A DNA stretch of 64,000 nucleotides from an uncultured Nitrososphaeraceae archaeon. Lineage in GTDB: Archaea > Thermoproteota > Nitrososphaeria > Nitrososphaerales > Nitrososphaeraceae. Positions 1 through 10,739 of the stretch are shown one piece after another. The position numbers were made by a program, and so were the translations under genes. The stretch is from assembly GCA_963759575.1 (NCBI GenBank), contig CAVWZU010000001.1:36020-100019 (forward strand), in the 5' to 3' direction. Each line of letters opens with the position of its first letter. The first letter of the stretch is position 1. The notes beneath the pieces were generated by a model, which was not told the DNA's origin, searched no databases, and saw nothing but the letters and a program-made list of their open reading frames with translations.

Positions 1-327
1 CCATCAACAGAAACAGCAACACTTGTAGGAGTAAATGATGGTATTCATAATGCAGAGGGCCAAGCGAAGATAATTCCTATATCCAATGACGATAGTATAT
101 TGAGATTTGAAAATCTAAAAGTCACAAATGGGCCTGACCTTTATGTTTACCTTTCCACAGATAAGGCCGCTTCTGAATTTGTTAGCCTTGGAAAATTGAA
201 AGCTAATAACGGAAATCAAAATTACAATATACCTTCTGATACTGATTTATCAAAATATAATACGGTTTTGATATGGTGTAAAGCATTTTTGGTTCTTTTT
301 GGCAGTGCTGAACTCAAGATGCCATAA
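1..327 (+). CDS. DM13 domain protein (5' end outside window)
   Basis: Frame is open from base 1 (PSTETATLVGVNDGIHNAEGQAK...). LRFENLKVTNGPDLYVYLS...LGKLKANNGNQNY...VLIWC...FGSAEL matches the DM13 signature. Confidence 0.85.
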   Translation, partial: PSTETATLVGVNDGIHNAEGQAKIIPISNDDSILRFENLKVTNGPDLYVYLSTDKAASEFVSLGKLKANNGNQNYNIPSDTDLSKYNTVLIWCKAFLVLFGSAELKMP

Positions 328-422
328 AAAAGAAAATAATGTGTGAATAGGATTTAAGGAAATGGAATAGTTAAGAAACAATGCTTATAATCAAATTCTC
401 ATAAACCTATTTTTGATAATAA

Positions 423-791
423 ATGTCATCAACAAAAATATCAGCAAAAAGTTTTGAATCTCCTGATGAAGTAAGAACTTTTGAAAAAGGAAAAGTTGAG
501 ATTGTAAACCTGGGCAATGTTATAATTGGTAGGGCCACATTCGAGCCAGGATGGAGTTGGGGCAAGTGTGTAAAACCACTAGTGAAAACAGAGAGTTGTC
601 AGGCACCACATACTTCGGTAATTATCTCTGGAAGGATGAAGGTAAGAATGGACGATGGTACGGAATTTGAAGGGGGACCAGGAGATACAGCAATAATACC
701 ACCAGGACATGATGCGTGGGTAGTAGGGGATGAACCATGTGTTTCATTGGATTTTACTGGAATGGGTGATTATGCAAAAAAAGGAGCGTAA
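423..791 (+). CDS. Cupin domain protein
   Basis: ATFEPGWSW...SCQAPH...ISGRM...IPPGHDAWVVGDEPCVSLDF is typical of a small cupin family. Confidence 0.85.
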   Translation: MSSTKISAKSFESPDEVRTFEKGKVEIVNLGNVIIGRATFEPGWSWGKCVKPLVKTESCQAPHTSVIISGRMKVRMDDGTEFEGGPGDTAIIPPGHDAWVVGDEPCVSLDFTGMGDYAKKGA

Positions 792-1008
792 ACGGAATAC
801 TACTTTCTATGCATACTAAAGCAGAAATCTTTTATTTTTTCCAAACCATCTCTTCCTGTGTTCTATCCATTTTGATATTTATGCATTTTATTGGAATGTA
901 ACTAATACTAATCGTAAATAGATGAAGTTGATTAATTAATTTCTAGGCACTTGTGTATAGGCATCACTGCATTGGTCTAATATGATTAAAAAAATATGGT
1001 ATAAAAAA

Positions 1009-1203
1009 TCAGGTAGTTTTTATCAATTTTCTAAAGTGTTCCAAGTTCTTTGCCATTTCTTCTTTGTATGACTCTTCTGTATAGCCATTAACTTCTATAC
1101 CATGCTTCTTAGCATTTTCTATCAATTCTTCCTCTGTTTCACCATACATTGTGTGTGTACACACGGGGTCTCCCGCGTCTTTGCAATTAAGGCTTAATGT
1201 CAT
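1009..1203 (-). CDS. DUF1059-like small metal-binding protein
   Basis: LNCKDAG..CTHTMYGETEEELIENAKKHG pattern. ATG at 1203. Confidence 0.75.
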   Translation of the reverse strand: MTLSLNCKDAGDPVCTHTMYGETEEELIENAKKHGIEVNGYTEESYKEEMAKNLEHFRKLIKTT

Positions 1204-1513
1204 ATGTAGCAAGTATCTTGTATTAAATTAAAGATATCTATTAACTTCCTATAGAGACAAGAAAAATGGATTAATTTCTCTCATATAGTTCCTGTTTTGT
1301 TTCGTTTTGATGTGTACCTATTAATGTTAAATTCGATCCATTGGATATCTTTATGATTTGCACCGAATGTGCTACCCAGTTAGTGGCACATGTATAAGAC
1401 CTTTCATCGCAATTCAAAAATCCATATTTATTTGCAATCACAAATAAAAAACTGATTTTTATATAATTTGTTATCAATATTTGTTTTTATAATGCCTTTA
1501 TATAGCATTATTA

Positions 1514-2353
1514 ATGAAAAATAAATTAGAGATAAAAATAATTTTATCACTATGTTTTGTAGCACTAATTACTGCGGTAACCGCAGTCCCTCTCCAATCC
1601 TCACATGCTTTCTCTTGGCCTTGTATTGACCGAAGCGATGGAAAGGCCCCTATCGCCGTATCTGAAAACAATGTCTACGTTGCCTGGTGGGGAAATAATA
1701 CTGGAAATTATGAAGTAATGTTTAAGGCTTCTAATGATGGTGGTCAGACCTTTGGCGATAAAATTAGCCTGAGTAACTCTACAAATGGGACTTCAGTGGA
1801 AGCAGATGTAGCTGCATTTGGGAACAATGTATACGTTACATACGCAGACAACAAGACAGGAGATGCCGATGCTTATATTAGAGCCTCTAACGATAATGGA
1901 AAAACTTTTGGCCCAGAATTTAAATTGACTAACAATTCTAATTCAAATCTTGCATCATCATCACTTTCTCAAGGAATGAAGTCGTATGATAATGTCAAAA
2001 CTTCTCCATATGAACTCAAAGTTGCCGCTCAGGATGACAACGTGTATGTAATTGCAACAGGAGGCGATAAAAACGATACAACCTATCAACCGGATGTATT
2101 CATAAGGGTATCTAATGACAATGGAAAAACATTTGACAAAGATATCAATCTAAGCGAATCAAAGGGAATTGTGTCAGAACGTACAGAAATAGATGCATCG
2201 GGTGATAAGGTGTACGTTACATGGTGGGATAAAGGTTTAGATGGAAAAGACACACCACTATTGAGAATTAGTGATGACCGAGGACAGACATTTGATGATA
2301 TAATCATACTAACGGACAATAATGCTACAACTCCTATCAACGTAACGCAATAA
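1514..2353 (+). CDS. Secreted BNR/Asp-box (sialidase-like) repeat protein
   Basis: Signal peptide and four Asp-boxes (SNDGGQTF, SNDNGKTF x2, SDDRGQTF), each preceded by a VYVxW-like strand. Confidence 0.85.
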   Translation: MKNKLEIKIILSLCFVALITAVTAVPLQSSHAFSWPCIDRSDGKAPIAVSENNVYVAWWGNNTGNYEVMFKASNDGGQTFGDKISLSNSTNGTSVEADVAAFGNNVYVTYADNKTGDADAYIRASNDNGKTFGPEFKLTNNSNSNLASSSLSQGMKSYDNVKTSPYELKVAAQDDNVYVIATGGDKNDTTYQPDVFIRVSNDNGKTFDKDINLSESKGIVSERTEIDASGDKVYVTWWDKGLDGKDTPLLRISDDRGQTFDDIIILTDNNATTPINVTQ

Positions 2354-2581
2354 ATATACCATCATCCTAATCTTTTTAGGAACGACATTTTTCATACATG
2401 ACAAAATAAGATACAACGAAATGTGATATCACAGTTTCTGTCTACCTCAATCTTTAATATTTTCATAATGAATTAAAAAATCAATTAATTAATCAGATAT
2501 TTCTACCCTAAAATCCAGTTATTAGAAATAATGAAGTTTGTCATTAGAGCTTAAATACTATTACGTTTAAATCAGAATATC

Positions 2582-3364
2582 TTGATCTCTAAATGTTCAA
2601 CAATATTAATATCCCTTTTTATTTCATTTTTTATTATACTGATATCTGTTTTACCATTAACAAATAATGAGAACAAAATTTATAATATCTCCGCTTTAAC
2701 AGAAACACCCACATCTAAGATAAACACTCAAGATAACAGTAGCACTTTTGGGAATATTACAAAAGAAAACAATTCCACTATGCCCTCACCTTCACTATCA
2801 TACTCTAATGCAACATATGGAATAAAAATAGATTATCCATCCGATTGGACAATAAAGGAGGGAGGAGCCGCTACAATTTTTCATAATCAAAGTAAAACGC
2901 TTAATGTTGTAACTGAGATTTTAGCTCCTATTCAGAGTGATTATTATAATCCAGAAATAGGAGCTTCGCACAATAGTATCAGATTAATAGTTGAAGATTA
3001 TGATACCTTTGGAGATTTCACAAATAATAATATCAAAAATTATTTGGCCAAAAATGATTCTCAAACCGACGACAAAAATAAACTTCTGACTGTTGCCACC
3101 AAGAGAATAGGTGCAATAGGGATTTATTGTCACAATTTTGACCTTAAAAGTTGGAATCAAAATGCAACTTTGGCAGGTAACCCAGCTCATCAAATATTTC
3201 TAGATTACAGTTATGATAAAAATAGTAAAGATGCAACAGAATTGTGGACCATAAAAAATGATAAAATCTACATCATTGAGTTTGTAACTCAAGACAAATA
3301 CTATGGTTTATACTTGCCAGTTGTAAACGAAATTATTGATTCATTTCAAATTGTGAATTCTTAA
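2582..3364 (+). CDS. Secreted PsbP-related protein
   Basis: N-terminal hydrophobic anchor, YSNATYGIKIDYPSDW, TLAGNPAH, WTIKNDKIYII and a terminal IIDSFQI. Confidence 0.7.
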   Translation: MISKCSTILISLFISFFIILISVLPLTNNENKIYNISALTETPTSKINTQDNSSTFGNITKENNSTMPSPSLSYSNATYGIKIDYPSDWTIKEGGAATIFHNQSKTLNVVTEILAPIQSDYYNPEIGASHNSIRLIVEDYDTFGDFTNNNIKNYLAKNDSQTDDKNKLLTVATKRIGAIGIYCHNFDLKSWNQNATLAGNPAHQIFLDYSYDKNSKDATELWTIKNDKIYIIEFVTQDKYYGLYLPVVNEIIDSFQIVNS

Positions 3365-4274
3365 AATTCATATTGGCACGGTCGTTCTTCGAATAATTAT
3401 AAATTTATTCTGGCTTTACTACTATGTCAAAATTGATTAATTAATTTAATCCTATCAGAATTTCTCATCCAGTGGTAAGAATCTATCCCAAATACGAAAA
3501 AATGTATTGGATCTGTTATAGGCGTATATGATTTAATCTAATCTCATAGTGTTAACTGCTGCTTTGTTATAAAACAACTCTAAACCAGGAGAATATCCTC
3601 ATGAGTTCTATCGAACCTGCATACAATAAGGAACTTAACCCCACCAAACCCGCTACCGGTAGTAGTCACAAAGTAAGATGGAATCAGAATATAGAATATT
3701 GAATTTCTAGGATATGAAATAGAATTTGAGGCCCATCTGAGTCATCATATTTGGTTCATTTGACTATATGTTTTATTGTGGTTTTCAATAACTATTAAGT
3801 TCATGATACAACCCTATTCTTTTGACTCGATGATTGTCCTTGAAGGGTTGGAGTGGGAGTAAATATTTCCATTATCTGATAGTACTCCTACTTTACTACT
3901 AGACTCTTCCTTAGCCTGGATGTTCATATAGTTACCAAACTTTAATATACATTTAAATGGCAGCAGCATGATTCCAATTACCGAGGCTGGATTTGAAGCT
4001 TTGTTAATAAGATGTGTGTAATCATTACCAGGGTTGTATACCGCCATTAATAGACCATCCCATTACTGTCGCATTTATCCACCACATTATTATCATAGTC
4101 CATTGCCTCTTCCTGAGCAAATACTATGACCAAATCCGAAAAAGGGACTATCAAGATGATCAAAATAAAAAGGAACTAGTATTTGATAAGACAATGATGG
4201 AGAAACTCCTTTTTGATGCATCGCCAATTTTCTATTTTAACTATAACAATGACTTTATATGCATTGTCATAACA

Positions 4275-5171
4275 ATGGCTACTATGAATCGAATAAATAT
4301 TTCATTAATATTTTTAATAATGATTTCAATGGTTTTGCCTACTTCAGCATTCATGTATGCTAGTGGGTCTACCGAGGATAGTAGTGATGGTGCATCTGAT
4401 AGCGGGTCTACCGAGGATAGTAGTGATGGTGCATCTGATAGCGGGTCTACCGAGGATAGTAGTGATGGTGCATCTGATAGCGGGTCTATTGATGATACTA
4501 CTGATTCACCACCGTCTGAACTCCTTCCCCCTAACGTCGACTCATCATCCTCTGACGGGTCTATTGATGATACTACTGATTCACCACCGTCTGAACTCCT
4601 TCCCCCTAACGTCGACTCATCATCCTCTGACGGGTCTATTGATTCATCAATAACACCTACTGAAAATAATCCCACTTTGCCAAGTGAATCTCCGTTGAGT
4701 AACAATACTGGAAATGTACAAGGGGAGGACTTGGTCAGCATCATCCTGACCTTGCACAACCAAGAGCGCGCTGCCGTTGGAGTTCCACCGCTTACCTGGA
4801 GCGACTCCCTCGCCAGCCACGCACAGCCTTGGGCTGATAAAGTATATGCGACAGGCGATGCATCCCATTCGAGCGGACTTGCTGACTTCGGTAATTATGG
4901 TGAGAATATGGCAAGGGGAGGAGGTCCGTCTGTCGCAACTCCGTCCTGGCTAGCTCAAACATGGGCCGACGAAAAGAGTAGATATGTACCGGGCACCCCA
5001 TGGTCTGATAGCACTGGTCATTACACCCAGATGATTGACAAGCAATCAACCGAAGTTGGTTGCGGGTTTACTAGTGGACCCGATGGTCTATATGCTAAAT
5101 ATGGTGGAACGAATGTATTAGTCTGTCAATACACTCCACCAGGCAACTGGAATAACCAACCACCATACTAG
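4275..5171 (+). CDS. Secreted CAP/SCP (PR-1-like) domain protein with Ser/Asp-rich repeat stalk
   Basis: Signal peptide from ATG 4275 or 4284; CAP motifs HNQERAAVGVPPLTWSDSLA, YGENMA, GHYTQM, VGCG, VCQYTPPGN. Confidence 0.9.
   Translation: MATMNRINISLIFLIMISMVLPTSAFMYASGSTEDSSDGASDSGSTEDSSDGASDSGSTEDSSDGASDSGSIDDTTDSPPSELLPPNVDSSSSDGSIDDTTDSPPSELLPPNVDSSSSDGSIDSSITPTENNPTLPSESPLSNNTGNVQGEDLVSIILTLHNQERAAVGVPPLTWSDSLASHAQPWADKVYATGDASHSSGLADFGNYGENMARGGGPSVATPSWLAQTWADEKSRYVPGTPWSDSTGHYTQMIDKQSTEVGCGFTSGPDGLYAKYGGTNVLVCQYTPPGNWNNQPPY
4362..4643 (+). repeat. Coding tandem repeats: 3 x 39 bp then 2 x 75 bp
   Basis: Near-exact copies encoding SGSTEDSSDGASD x3 and GSIDDTTDSPPSELLPPNVDSSSSD x2. 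Confidence 0.95.
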
Positions 5172-5799
5172 GTGAGCCTCCTCCCTATCACGGTAAATAC
5201 TCACCCTTCACTTTGAACCGAGACAGCGGACGAAGTTGCTCTAAGCAATACAATCAACTGTATGGTGAGAAAGTAGAGGTTAATCATCTTTAATTTTTTA
5301 AAAGAATTTAGAGGATTCAAAAAACCGTAATGAACAATAAGAGTAACCTTATATATTCAACGAACATTCCTTAAGACATAAACCTGTTGAGTAATAATTA
5401 ATTGGTATAATTTATTTATATGATTTTACCTCGCTAAAATTTCCGAGATCAATAAACGTACTGAACAGAAGAAATTTACAAAACACAAAATTCTACTATT
5501 ATGATGCAAAATAGTGGCACATTGACGTTCCTAATGGTAAATCTCTTCCTTTATGTAGAAAATAGTATTACAAAGTGGAGAAATATTTTGCATATTCAAT
5601 ACTTGAGTTTCAAATTCGATCAAATTTTGTTTCACATACCACTAAATAAGCTACCTATCTATAGTAACGATAAAATACAAGCACTGGAAGCAATTCTCAA
5701 CATCTTTATTCTCATAAAGACACGCAGTGTGTGGGTTGATATAAAACCAATAGCATTGTCTTGTCCTGGTTACCTTTTCACGCTTTCACCTTTTATAAC

Positions 5800-6081
5800 T
5801 CAATATATATCGTTGTTATCCTGATTTGGAATGCATTTCAGAGTATTACCTGACTGATTTTTCCCTTCAAACTGACACATTCGTAATAATCTTGGACTAA
5901 ATAGATTGCTCGTTGCTCCGCTGGTAATAACCCGTAGTGGATCTAAAGAATCAGTAATTGCATTTATTATACAGCCATCAGAACTGATTGCAAGGTCACG
6001 GTAGCGATTCTTCGAGTGTAAAAATTCTACATAATCTGTAAGAACTGATGTCCTTTTCTCATTTAAGCGAATAGTTTTCAA
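5800..6081 (-). pseudogene. C-terminal remnant of a PQQ-dependent glucose/sorbosone dehydrogenase-like gene
   Basis: VEFLHSKNRYRDLAISSDGCIINAITDS resembles the RYRD-x3-PDG-x2-IYVITD C-terminal motif. No upstream part is visible. Confidence 0.55.
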
Positions 6082-6441
6082 AACTTTTTTAGCATTTTTG
6101 TAATTATTTTCATTATTAAATTTTGCGGTATTATGGAGTTAATTAACAATTTTTAAATATGTTGTACCTTTTATCCATATTTATGAATATATGCATTGAG
6201 CCCAAATATTCATTTAATTCTAAAGGTAAAACAATCGGGTGCACATTAGGAAACAGCCCCGAAAGGTATAATCTACCAAATAGTTCTAGTAGGATCTCTT
6301 ATCAGACAAAGTTGCAACTAAAAAACTTGAATAAGTTTAAAAAGGAATTATTCTTAAAAGGACTATATCTAAATAATTCAAAAAACGCTATTGGAATTTA
6401 CTATAAATACAATAAACAAAATATTAATACGTTAAAATTAG

Positions 6442-7575
6442 ATGAATAATGAGATAACTTTGTATATTAGATTGCTTTTTATGGTTATTCTTATCATGAT
6501 TGGAGCGTTTGTCATTTTCTCTTCTAATGTATTTCTCATAAGCGCCGACAATATGAAAAAATCAGAAAAACTAATAACGACTCCCTTACAAAACCAGACC
6601 ACAGCAGATAATAATGAAAAAAAACTAAAAATAGCCTTTCTAACGGATGGCTTATTCAGTGATGCAGGGTGGGGGGCATTCGGATACAACGCAGCACAGT
6701 CATTACAGGGAAAATATTCTTATATAGTCGATCTTAAAGAAAACGTGCCTATTCCGAAGATAGGAGAAACGTTAAGGGAGTATGCCAAGACTGGTTATGA
6801 CTTAATAATATCACATGGCTTTGAGTGGGGAAAGCCAGCAGTTACTGTAGGTAAAGATTATCCTGCAGCAAAGTTTGTAATTTTTACAGGACTTGTTAAT
6901 TCTAGTAATGTGGCTTCAATTTATCCGATGCAACAAGAAGGAACATATGTATTAGGAGCACTTGCAGCAACTATGTCAAAAACAGGCATAATTGGTTTTG
7001 TAGGTGGAGAAAGATATCCTAACCTGATTAATATTTATGAAGGATATAGACAAGGTGCTCAGGATGTTAATCCTACAGTAAAGGTACTCGTCACATTTTT
7101 AGATGATTGGGATAATTCCACCAAAGGAAAAAAAGCAGCCTTTTCTCAAATAGATGGTGGGGCAGACTTCTTATTACATGTGGCTGATACATCAGGCCAA
7201 GGTGTAATTGAAGCTGCTAAAGAAAGAGGAATATACGCCTTTGGAGCAATCTCTGACCAGAATAAGTTAGCTCCTGATACTGTTCTTACATCCTTTGTAT
7301 TAGATGCCGAAAAGGCGTTTGATCAAGTTATTAAATTAGTTAAGACTGGAAATTTCAGTGGGCAAATATTTAAGCCAGGCCTAGAATCAGAAAAGGGTGC
7401 ATCAGGGGAGGGAATCGTGTATATAGCACCATTCCATAACCTTGATCATAAGGTCCCAGAAAACGTCAAGATATGGATTGAACAGTTAAAAGAAGATATT
7501 GTCAATGGCAAGATCAAAGTACCTGAAAGATATTCCGATAAAATTGGAAACTTTCTTGTTAATAGTACAGGTTAA
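6442..7575 (+). CDS. BMP/PnrA-like substrate-binding protein, membrane anchored
   Basis: KIAFLTDGLFSDAGW, GYDLIISHGF, GTYVLGALAATMSKTGIIGFVGG, FLDDWDNSTKG, YAFGAISDQ..LAPDTVLTS. Confidence 0.9.
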   Translation: MNNEITLYIRLLFMVILIMIGAFVIFSSNVFLISADNMKKSEKLITTPLQNQTTADNNEKKLKIAFLTDGLFSDAGWGAFGYNAAQSLQGKYSYIVDLKENVPIPKIGETLREYAKTGYDLIISHGFEWGKPAVTVGKDYPAAKFVIFTGLVNSSNVASIYPMQQEGTYVLGALAATMSKTGIIGFVGGERYPNLINIYEGYRQGAQDVNPTVKVLVTFLDDWDNSTKGKKAAFSQIDGGADFLLHVADTSGQGVIEAAKERGIYAFGAISDQNKLAPDTVLTSFVLDAEKAFDQVIKLVKTGNFSGQIFKPGLESEKGASGEGIVYIAPFHNLDHKVPENVKIWIEQLKEDIVNGKIKVPERYSDKIGNFLVNSTG

Positions 7576-7634
7576 AATCCTTGACGAGTATCCTTTTTTT
7601 AATCCTTCTAAAAGTATTGAAGTAATGAAGCAAA

Positions 7635-9584
7635 TTGGGAAAGCGTTTTCTATTTTTCAGAAGAAAAGAAATAACCATCGTTTCAATAATACTATTAATT
7701 GCTGGATCTTATTCTTTGTTATTCTTACAACAAAATATTGCAGAACAGAATATTAGAGACAGTCTTTTTCTAGATCATAGGGATAACCAAATAGAGATTA
7801 CAAAGGGTGTTTCGGAGCATGTTAGTGCCGATCTTCGATTGGTAGAATCGATCCTTCAAGGATTATCCGATTCTATTTATTTACAACAGGGAGAATTGTA
7901 TGGCGATAGAGTTGGAAACCTAATAGAAGAACGATTTAATCAAATTAACAATGTTAGTAAAATCGATGGGCTTTTTATCGCAGATAAAAATAACATAATA
8001 GCACATAATAAAGTATCAGAAGGACAAAGGAGTTTTGTCAACATAGATATTTCACTTAGAGAGTACGTCAATGAAACAAAGAGCACTCTAAATTCCGTAT
8101 TTTCGAATGGCTTTAAAGGACTTGATGGCACCTATAAAATAGCATTAACTTCTCCAATAATAAATAGAGATAATGGAGAATACCTCGGCATGGTCGGAGT
8201 GGAAATACCCTCTGTAGATTTCTTTGCACGATACGGAAATGTTTATAACATCGATTCAAAATTCTTGGTAGCTTATGATAGAAATTCAAATTACATATCT
8301 ACTCCCAGAACTAACTTTTTAGGGATGAGCATATATAGTGATGAAGTACAGCGCTTTTTCAATTTCAACAATATCCAAAACAAATATTATCAAAATGTTT
8401 TTGATGGTCAACTATTTGGCGGTTATGCCCTCTATGATTTTGGAACTGGAGAAAGATTAAATACTGGATATCCCGTTTCTGTTGATGGAAAGTCCAAATA
8501 TTTTGTTTTCCTAATTACACCAACAGCATCGGTTTACTCCGATATTGATGAGACTTTATCAGCAGAAAGATCAAAGTTTTTTTTACTGATTGCGGGAATT
8601 ACTACTGCAATTGCAATTTTGGTTCTATTTTTAGTAAAATTGAATAATATATTAAATGAACAAATTAAAAGAAGAACAAACGATTTAGAAGAATCAAACA
8701 AACGCCTTAAAATTGCTAATGAGCAACTTAATATCCATGACAAAATGCAAAAGGAATTTATCAATATAGCTGCTCATGAGTTAAGGACCCCTACACAAGC
8801 AATATCAGGAAATTTGGAATTGATCAAAATGACCTATGTTCCTTCTATGTTCCAAACGTCCTCGTTAGATCAAACTGGCATTAGAGACGAATTGGAGAGA
8901 CTGATGCAAGATGAAGATAGGTTGCGTGATTTTACATATGGACTTGTATCAACATATAGAAATGCACAAAGACTTGAGAAATTGGTGAATGACATACTAG
9001 ACACTTCGCGAATTGAAAGTAATCGTCTTGAGTTGCATAAAGAATCCTTTAATTTAAACGAAAAAATACATAATATGATTAAAGACATTCATAATAAGAC
9101 TAATTTTAGTCCACATTATGGGAACTTTTCTTCCATTGAAATAGTTTTTGAGCCGCAAGAAGATCCTGTCATGGTATCTGCAGATAAAATAAGGATTTTC
9201 GAAGTTCTTTCTAATCTAATAAACAATGCTATAAAATTTTCAAATGGTGAACCCATCACTATTTCAGCTAAAAATTTTCAAAAAAATGAAATTGGTTCGA
9301 TAAAAAGTAACCACAATAGTGAATTAGTCAATTCCAAAAATACAAAGGAAAATGAAGATGAAAAGGTGGTGGTAGTTTCAGTTAAAGATCGAGGAAAAGG
9401 TATAGACTCTGATATTTTACCAAGGTTGTTTACAAAGTTTGCTACAAAATCAGATCAAGGGACCGGACTAGGTCTGTATATAGCAAAAAGTATTATTGAA
9501 GCTCATGGTGGTCAGATCTGGGCTGAAAATAACGAAGATGGAAAAGGGGCTACATTCTATTTCACTTTGCCATTAATCAAATGA
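7635..9584 (+). CDS. Membrane sensor histidine kinase with extracellular Cache-like domain
   Basis: Two TM segments flank the sensor domain. H-box FINIAAHELRTP, N-box NLINNAIKF, G1 DRGKGI, G2 GTGLGLYIAK. Confidence 0.93.
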   Translation: MGKRFLFFRRKEITIVSIILLIAGSYSLLFLQQNIAEQNIRDSLFLDHRDNQIEITKGVSEHVSADLRLVESILQGLSDSIYLQQGELYGDRVGNLIEERFNQINNVSKIDGLFIADKNNIIAHNKVSEGQRSFVNIDISLREYVNETKSTLNSVFSNGFKGLDGTYKIALTSPIINRDNGEYLGMVGVEIPSVDFFARYGNVYNIDSKFLVAYDRNSNYISTPRTNFLGMSIYSDEVQRFFNFNNIQNKYYQNVFDGQLFGGYALYDFGTGERLNTGYPVSVDGKSKYFVFLITPTASVYSDIDETLSAERSKFFLLIAGITTAIAILVLFLVKLNNILNEQIKRRTNDLEESNKRLKIANEQLNIHDKMQKEFINIAAHELRTPTQAISGNLELIKMTYVPSMFQTSSLDQTGIRDELERLMQDEDRLRDFTYGLVSTYRNAQRLEKLVNDILDTSRIESNRLELHKESFNLNEKIHNMIKDIHNKTNFSPHYGNFSSIEIVFEPQEDPVMVSADKIRIFEVLSNLINNAIKFSNGEPITISAKNFQKNEIGSIKSNHNSELVNSKNTKENEDEKVVVVSVKDRGKGIDSDILPRLFTKFATKSDQGTGLGLYIAKSIIEAHGGQIWAENNEDGKGATFYFTLPLIK

Positions 9585-9878
9585 TTATAGGTAGCATTAC
9601 TGCCAATTTTAAGCCTAACGTTTTCTCTCTATTCTTTAGATGTATTATGGGATCTAGATTGGTGTTATCTTGGTCCACTATCTCACTATCCTGAATGAGT
9701 CTAAGCACACCATCAAGTCCATTTGGAGTTTTATTACAATCGTATATTATCGATATTGTATAAGATTGGATCGAGGATAAATCAAACAAATATGTACAAT
9801 AATCAAATGCAATGAGCTCTGCGTTACTAAACGTATCTTGATCTGAGAACAAAATAGCAATAGATATTTTTTTATTGA

Positions 9879-10739
9879 ATGAAGTCGCCAAGGTTGCCAA
9901 TGAGGTTCGAGTTTCCCAAAGGCGTAGCCGTGGATACTTCAGGCTATGTGTATGTAGTTGATGATGCGAATCACCGCATTCAGAAATCTGATAGCAACGG
10001 AAATTTTAGAAAAGAATGGGGCGAAGAAGGCTCTGACAAAGGAGAGTTCAAGTTTCCCAAAGGCGTAGCCGTGGATACTTCGGGCTATTTGTACATAGCT
10101 GATGATGGCAACTGCCGTGTTCAAAAGTTTGACAGCAACGGCAACTTCATTGCTGAATGGGGAAGCAAAGGCTCTGACAAAGGAGAGTTCAAGTTTCCCA
10201 AAGGCGTAGCCGTGGATACTTCGGGCTATGTGTATGTAACTGACGACGAAAATCATCGTGTTCAAAAGTTTGACAGCAACGGCAACTTCATTACAGCGTG
10301 GAGTTCAGAGGGTTCGAGAGATGGCCAACTTAAGCACCCTTATGGCCTTGGAGTTGACTCCAATGGCTATGTGTATGTAGTTGATGATGCGAATCATCGT
10401 GTTCAAAAGTTTGACAGCAACGGCAACTTCATTGCTAAATGGGGAAGCAAAGGCTCTGACAAAGGAGAGTTCAAGTTTCCCAAAGGCGTAGCCGTGGATA
10501 CTTCGGGCTATTTGTACATAGCTGATGATGGCAACTGCCGTGTTCAAAAGTTTGACAGCAACGGCAACTTCATTGCTGAATGGGGAAGCAAAGGCTCTGA
10601 CAAAGGAGAGTTCAAGTTTCCCAAAGGCGTAGCCGTGGATACTTCGGGCTATGTGTATGTAACTGACGACGAAAATCATCGTGTTCAAAAGTTTGACAGC
10701 AACGGCAACTTCATTGTTGAATGGGGAAGACGCGATTGA
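9879..10739 (+). CDS. Six-bladed NHL-repeat beta-propeller protein
   Basis: Six 47-aa repeats of FxFPKGVAVDTSGYxYxxDDxNxRVQKFDSNGNFIxxWG. Start may be ATG 9900. Confidence 0.92.
   Translation: MKSPRLPMRFEFPKGVAVDTSGYVYVVDDANHRIQKSDSNGNFRKEWGEEGSDKGEFKFPKGVAVDTSGYLYIADDGNCRVQKFDSNGNFIAEWGSKGSDKGEFKFPKGVAVDTSGYVYVTDDENHRVQKFDSNGNFITAWSSEGSRDGQLKHPYGLGVDSNGYVYVVDDANHRVQKFDSNGNFIAKWGSKGSDKGEFKFPKGVAVDTSGYLYIADDGNCRVQKFDSNGNFIAEWGSKGSDKGEFKFPKGVAVDTSGYVYVTDDENHRVQKFDSNGNFIVEWGRRD

Noticed and set aside
4014-4274. N-terminal extension of the CAP ORF given in the track
   Set aside because: The signal peptide begins at 4275 or 4284; the upstream part looks like chance open frame.
4241-5049. Overlapping ORFs 4241-4759, 4357-4653, 4647-4868 and 4792-5049
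   Set aside because: They are shadows of the CAP gene and its tandem repeats.
5501-6449. ORFs 5501-5824 and 6159-6449
   Set aside because: No motifs, and composition is typical of AT-rich intergenic DNA.
9577-9900. 107-aa minus-strand ORF between the kinase and the NHL gene
   Set aside because: No recognisable motif and it overlaps both neighbours, so it cannot be supported.
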